Made by a program: the position numbers and the translations under genes
Origin: Candidatus Methanomethylicia archaeon
GTDB lineage: Archaea > Thermoproteota > Methanomethylicia > Culexarchaeales > Culexarchaeaceae
NCBI GenBank assembly: GCA_038727515.1
Contig: JAVYVS010000001.1
Span: 576,001-640,000, forward strand
Reading direction: 5' to 3'
Length of the DNA stretch: 64,000 bases
The notes under the pieces: model-generated
What the model saw: the letters and a program-made list of their open reading frames with translations, nothing else
The model's database searches: none
What the model was told of the DNA's origin: nothing
Part shown: piece after piece, positions 59,350 through 64,000 of the stretch
Layout: each line of letters opens with the position of its first letter
Numbering within the stretch: the first letter of the stretch is position 1

Positions 59350-60759
59350 GTGTTCAAAATATATAATACCTTAACATCAAGTAAGGAAGTTTTCAGACCA
59401 ATTAATAGAAGTATTGTTAGAATGTATGTTTGTGGCCCAACAGTTTATGATAAAACCCATATTGGACATGCAAAAGCATATATATCCTTTGACGTTTTAA
59501 GAAGGTATTTAGAGTTTAAAGGATATAATGTTTTAAAAGTTGTTAATATAACTGATATAGATGATAAGATAATTAGAAAAGCTATTGAAATGAATGTTGA
59601 TTATAGAGATGTTGCAAAAGAGAATTATGAGGATTTTATTAGGGTATGTGAAAAATTGAATATTAGGAAAGCTCATGTATACCCAAAAGCAACAGAACAT
59701 ATTGAAGAAATGATAAAGATCGTAGAGAAACTGATTGAGAAGGGATATGCATATGAAGTTGATGGTAATGTTTACTTTAATGTTAGAAAGTTTAGAGATT
59801 ATGGTAAATTATCAAAGATAAATATAGAGCAAATGAAAACTCAAGAAGAAGCTCCTGGAAAGATAAATCCACAAGATTTCGCACTTTGGAAGAAAGCTAA
59901 AATCATGGAACCATATTGGAATAGTCCATGGGGACCTGGAAGACCTGGATGGCATATAGAATGCTCAGCAATGTCTTCAAAATATCTTGGGAAACAATTT
60001 GATATACATGGTGGTGGAGAAGACCTGATTTTCCCACATCATGAAAATGAAATAGCTCAAAGTGAAGCATGTTTTGAAAAGAAGCCATGGGTGAAATATT
60101 GGGTTCATGTGGGATTATTAATGATGGGTAAAGATAAAATGTCTAAATCCCTTGGAAACATAATAACTGTTGAAGAAATAACAAAGAAATATTCACCAAT
60201 GGAGTTTAGATTCTACATAATAAGTGGACATTATAGGAGTCAAACAATATTCCAAGAAGAAAGCCTTGAAGCAATGAGAAATGCATATAAGAGAATTATA
60301 AATACCATATCCATATTGAAAAACACAGCTATATTTGGAAAGGAGAAAACAAATGATGATACATTAAAAAATATAATTATTGTTAGTAGAATTAGAAGAA
60401 GGATTATTGAAGCAATGGATGATGATTTAAATACACCAAAAGCATTAGCAGAATTACATAAATTAACAAGTTTTGTAAATGATAAAGTAATACCAAGTGA
60501 AAATGCTATAACAGCAAGATTAGCTTTGAAAATATATAGTGAAATGAATGAAATTTTAGGGGTTTTTAAAGAGGTATTTGAAGAAAGAATTGAAGAAGAT
60601 AAGAGACTAAATGAATTGATAAACTTACTTATATCAATTAGACAGATACATAGAGCAAGGAAAGAATGGGAAATTGCAGATTTAATAGCTAAGAATTTAA
60701 GAGATATGGGAATAGAGATTTCGGATCAAAAGGATAAAACTATATGGTGGTTTAAGTAG
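59350..60759 (+). CDS. cysS: Cysteine--tRNA ligase
   Basis: YVCGPTVYD, HIGH, NITDIDDKII, DFALWK, GRPGWHIECS, HGGG.DL.FPHHENE, KMSKS, DDLNTP. Confidence 0.98.
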   Translation: MFKIYNTLTSSKEVFRPINRSIVRMYVCGPTVYDKTHIGHAKAYISFDVLRRYLEFKGYNVLKVVNITDIDDKIIRKAIEMNVDYRDVAKENYEDFIRVCEKLNIRKAHVYPKATEHIEEMIKIVEKLIEKGYAYEVDGNVYFNVRKFRDYGKLSKINIEQMKTQEEAPGKINPQDFALWKKAKIMEPYWNSPWGPGRPGWHIECSAMSSKYLGKQFDIHGGGEDLIFPHHENEIAQSEACFEKKPWVKYWVHVGLLMMGKDKMSKSLGNIITVEEITKKYSPMEFRFYIISGHYRSQTIFQEESLEAMRNAYKRIINTISILKNTAIFGKEKTNDDTLKNIIIVSRIRRRIIEAMDDDLNTPKALAELHKLTSFVNDKVIPSENAITARLALKIYSEMNEILGVFKEVFEERIEEDKRLNELINLLISIRQIHRARKEWEIADLIAKNLRDMGIEISDQKDKTIWWFK

Positions 60760-61717
60760 TTTCAATCATACCTAAAGCTTCATATACTGCAGCTAAAAGT
60801 ATTGGTAATATTATTGTGGCATCACCATAAACAGTAACCTTTTTAGCTTTAGGTTTAACCTTACCCCAGCTCACAGCTTCTCTAATATGAGCACCACTTA
60901 AACTACCATCATATTCAAATGCAGTAGTAACATATACAACATAATCCAAACCACCTTTAAATTGATTCCACCATATCGTATGATGTTTTGAAATCCCACC
61001 ACCAATAATTAATGCACCAGTAATTTCACTATCAAATATTATATCTGAAAGCTCTTTTTGATCCTTTAATAAATCAATATTAAATTTGTGGGATTGTGAA
61101 TACATGAATAAACTTGTTCCAAAGGATGAATCCACAATTCCAGGAACATATACTGGTATATTCATTAAATATGCTTGTCTTAAAAATGAATTTTGATCTT
61201 CCAATACAGCGCCAACTTCACTTAAAATTTCCCTAACCCCCCAAACACATTTAATCTTTGTAAGTTTATCAAGTAAATTCCAAGTAAATTTCTCAATGAT
61301 CAAACCATAAGAAGACTCTGGAATTAAGATGTTTCCAAGTCTGAAGATTCCATGTTCCTTCAACATAGAATCATCAAGTTGGAAATCTCCATGATAATAT
61401 TTACCACCCATAGATCTAGCTATATCGTGGTCAATAGATCCACCCGTAGTTATAATGACATCAATTAAACCCTTACCAATAAGTTCAGATATAACCCCCC
61501 TTAAACCAGTTGCCAATAAATTTGCTGTAAAGGATAAGAAAACTTTACATGAATTATCATTAAACATATCAATTAAAATTCTGTATGCATCATATACAAA
61601 TTTAGAGGAAAAACCACCCATTAGACCATATCGTTCAACTAAATCCTTTAAACTCAATTTTTCACAAACTTTAATATCAACAACCATATCATGCAAGAAC
61701 TGTGACAATATAAGCAC
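60752..61717 (-). CDS. dys: Deoxyhypusine synthase
   Basis: LSFTANL..TGLR, TTGG..DHD, R.GN, D.S.G, GGG.SKHH, DGSLSGA...EAVSWGK (catalytic Lys), DAT..LP. Confidence 0.96.
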   Translation of the reverse strand: MLILSQFLHDMVVDIKVCEKLSLKDLVERYGLMGGFSSKFVYDAYRILIDMFNDNSCKVFLSFTANLLATGLRGVISELIGKGLIDVIITTGGSIDHDIARSMGGKYYHGDFQLDDSMLKEHGIFRLGNILIPESSYGLIIEKFTWNLLDKLTKIKCVWGVREILSEVGAVLEDQNSFLRQAYLMNIPVYVPGIVDSSFGTSLFMYSQSHKFNIDLLKDQKELSDIIFDSEITGALIIGGGISKHHTIWWNQFKGGLDYVVYVTTAFEYDGSLSGAHIREAVSWGKVKPKAKKVTVYGDATIILPILLAAVYEALGMIETT

Positions 61718-61718
61718 C

Positions 61719-61970
61719 TCAAGTTAATGGGAGCCCTTTACAGTGAACCTTACCAGAAACTCTCCTAATAAAATTTTTACATGTAAAACATATTAGAAAT
61801 GGAACTTCACCACCACATATAGGACATGAAATCACTTCTTTACGCATATTTGTAAGCATTTTACCTCCAACAACACCCTTAATCTCATCTAAAATTTCTT
61901 TGGGGACCTTTTGAACTTTATCCACCTTCTTAATTTCAACTACATACTTAACTTCACTCAAATAATACAC
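61719..61970 (-). CDS. Small Cys-rich (zinc-binding) hypothetical protein
   Basis: CPIC...CFTC..F.RRV.GKVHC.G; directly upstream of dys with a 1-nt gap. Confidence 0.7.
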   Translation of the reverse strand: MYYLSEVKYVVEIKKVDKVQKVPKEILDEIKGVVGGKMLTNMRKEVISCPICGGEVPFLICFTCKNFIRRVSGKVHCKGLPLT

Positions 61971-62059
61971 CTGAAAGACACTTTAACCATGCATAAGATA
62001 AATCTTACGATAAATCAAATTTTAATACCTAAACATAATAAATATGGTAGGAGAGAATT

Positions 62060-62416
62060 GTGAGTAGTAGAAGTACACCAATAGATTTAGCATCAAAAGA
62101 TTATCAAGCAGCAAAGAAATATGCAATACAAGTATATTTAGAAGGGGTAGATGTAGCTATAAAAGTTGCACAACAATCAAAGGAGAAATATGGACTTAGT
62201 GAAAAGGAATACATAACCATATTGGATAGCATACTAGACAAAACCATAAGCCCACTAAAATATCTAATACAAGAATATGAACATTTACCAGAAGACATAA
62301 AAGACTTATTCAGAACAGAAGAAGAAAGAGATATTGAAAGGAGAATTTCAGAATTAGTTTCAAAAAGATTATCAAAGATAATTGAAGAAGCAGAAAAATT
62401 TGGAAGACAAAAATGA
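62060..62416 (+). CDS. Small helical hypothetical protein
   Basis: 118-aa ORF, AGGAG SD, plus-strand codon style, no TM segment. Confidence 0.65.
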   Translation: MSSRSTPIDLASKDYQAAKKYAIQVYLEGVDVAIKVAQQSKEKYGLSEKEYITILDSILDKTISPLKYLIQEYEHLPEDIKDLFRTEEERDIERRISELVSKRLSKIIEEAEKFGRQK

Positions 62417-62522
62417 TTATGTAAATTGTTTGAGCTAAGTGAAGAACATTTCAAGTAGGAAATTAATAGTATGTAAATGGAAGAAGATTAGGGGGAGAAT
62501 AAAAGGTAAAAATGATTGGACA

Positions 62523-64000
62523 ATGGAAATAGCTCCAATATTAGCCATAATAACAATACTACTTCTAAAGAAGAGTTACTTCATTGATATAATCATGAAG
62601 AACATTGAAATAATCATACTAGTAGCAATGACCATAACAATTTCAACGATTATCACTGTTAAATTGAAAAACAAAAATAAAGTATTTATTGGGTTAAATG
62701 GATTAAGACCAGTCTACCTAGATCTATCTGGAAATAAACATATAGTGATATTTGGAATGACTGGAAGTGGAAAAACAGAAACTGCAAAAAGAATCCTAAA
62801 AAGTGTAAATAAAAAGAAGTTAATAATAGATTGGTCTGGTGAATATACCGATTATAAGTCTATTGAACCATCAGAATTAAAAATAGATTTGAAGAAAGAA
62901 GATATAATAGATGCCATTATAAGTACATTCCAACTAACAATACCACAACAAACATTACTAATAGAAGCAAGTAAAAGAGGGGGAGGATTAAAGGAAATAA
63001 TAGAAGAAATAAAAAAGATAAACTATCAAAGCGATTCAGGAAGAGAGGTAAAAGATGCATTAATCAGAAAACTATCCATACTAGAAAAATTAAACTTATT
63101 TAATGGAAATAAAAATTTAGCAGAAGTAGAAGCGATAAATTTATCGAAAATAACATTTGAAGCAAAAAAGCTTGTTACAAACATAATATTGAAATCATTT
63201 TATAATAATCCAGAACCAAGAATCCTAGTAATAGAAGAAGCACAAAACATCATGCCAAGACAAAATCAAGAAACAATAAATGTAACAGAACTGATAATAA
63301 ATGAAATTAGGAAATATGGTGTAAACGTAATATTAATAGCTCAAACTCCAAGCCAAATATCAAACGTATATAGAAATGCGGAATATGTTATAATCCATAG
63401 ATTAAGATTAACACATCATGAAATCCAAGAACTAGGACTAAAAATGGAGGAAGCAGAAAAAATATCAAAATTAAATTTAGGAGAATGTATAATTATAAGT
63501 GGAGGGGAGAAGAGAGAAGTCAGGTTAATAGGGGTAAAGGGGATTATTAAAAATATAAGCAAAATTAAATATGAAAATACAGTGAAAGATGAAATAGAGC
63601 GCATTAATATAAGAAATTTAGAGGAAGATTATGAGATAATCAAAAGAAAAGTAATAGAACTTGAAGAAAATTATAAACAATTAATTGAAAAATATAGAAG
63701 AATAGAGAAGGTAAAAATAGCTGAAAACCCAATAAGCCTCGGGGAATTTATAGATAGAACTGAAGATAAATTGGTAAAGATATCAACATCAATAAGTATT
63801 TTAAAAGATAAAATGGAATCAATAGAAGAAAAGACCTCTAAAAACAATTTGGACAAACAAAATTTTGAAAGTATAATTGGAAAAATAGAAAAACAAACCA
63901 TTACAAATTCAAATAGAATAATAGAATTGGAGCGAAGGGTAGATGACATCTTGGATAAAATGAAGAGATTTGAATATTGGGTTAAGGAGGTAATATCACA
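62523..64000 (+). CDS. Membrane-anchored HerA/VirB4-like (DUF87) ATPase with C-terminal coiled coil, 3' end outside window
   Basis: Not in the ORF track. The frame is open from GTG 62439 / ATG 62523 to the window end: two hydrophobic N-terminal segments, HIVIFGMTGSGKT (Walker A), IIDWSGEY, ILVIEEAQN (Walker B), EIRKYGV..ILIAQTP, then a heptad-rich tail. Confidence 0.88.
   Translation, partial: MEIAPILAIITILLLKKSYFIDIIMKNIEIIILVAMTITISTIITVKLKNKNKVFIGLNGLRPVYLDLSGNKHIVIFGMTGSGKTETAKRILKSVNKKKLIIDWSGEYTDYKSIEPSELKIDLKKEDIIDAIISTFQLTIPQQTLLIEASKRGGGLKEIIEEIKKINYQSDSGREVKDALIRKLSILEKLNLFNGNKNLAEVEAINLSKITFEAKKLVTNIILKSFYNNPEPRILVIEEAQNIMPRQNQETINVTELIINEIRKYGVNVILIAQTPSQISNVYRNAEYVIIHRLRLTHHEIQELGLKMEEAEKISKLNLGECIIISGGEKREVRLIGVKGIIKNISKIKYENTVKDEIERINIRNLEEDYEIIKRKVIELEENYKQLIEKYRRIEKVKIAENPISLGEFIDRTEDKLVKISTSISILKDKMESIEEKTSKNNLDKQNFESIIGKIEKQTITNSNRIIELERRVDDILDKMKRFEYWVKEVIS

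Overview
AT-rich, gene-dense archaeal chromosomal segment of TACK/Thermoproteota type. Evidence for that assignment: TFB, ribosomal protein S25e, deoxyhypusine synthase, PurP, ThiDN, HTH-fused CTP-dependent riboflavin kinase, GGTGA/GGAGG SD motifs and BRE/TATA promoters. An F420-binding FrhB-like protein and many peptidases suggest an anaerobic peptide/amino-acid-using thermophile; the exact lineage cannot be determined from this window. Most content is housekeeping: the purP-C-F-S-L-Q operon, pyk, apgM, nnr, thyX, thiC, thiDN, ribK, tfb, cysS, dys, dtxR-feoA-feoB, mgtE/PhoU-TrkA, tRNA-Gln(UUG), and about 9 peptidase/amidase genes. No CRISPR array, rRNA, transposase or integrase was seen. The most unusual items are: (1) an overlapping gene pair of paralogous HhH-GPD/EndoIII-like Fe-S proteins, one fused to a prenyltransferase/terpene-cyclase QW-repeat barrel and the other lacking the HhH lysine (46222-48919); (2) a membrane-anchored ChlI/ChlD-type AAA+-vWA fusion with a natural Walker-B E-to-Q change (18746-21313); (3) a four-gene uncharacterised membrane system whose DUF6754-like first gene carries a single in-frame TAA (55790-58778); (4) an unannotated box C/D-like sRNA before rps25e with a guide matching a tRNA-Glu anticodon loop; (5) a three-gene catabolic cassette whose M24 hydrolase and FrdA-like flavoprotein both lack canonical active-site residues; (6) a membrane-anchored HerA/VirB4 (CedB-like) ATPase running off the right edge, missed by the ORF track.
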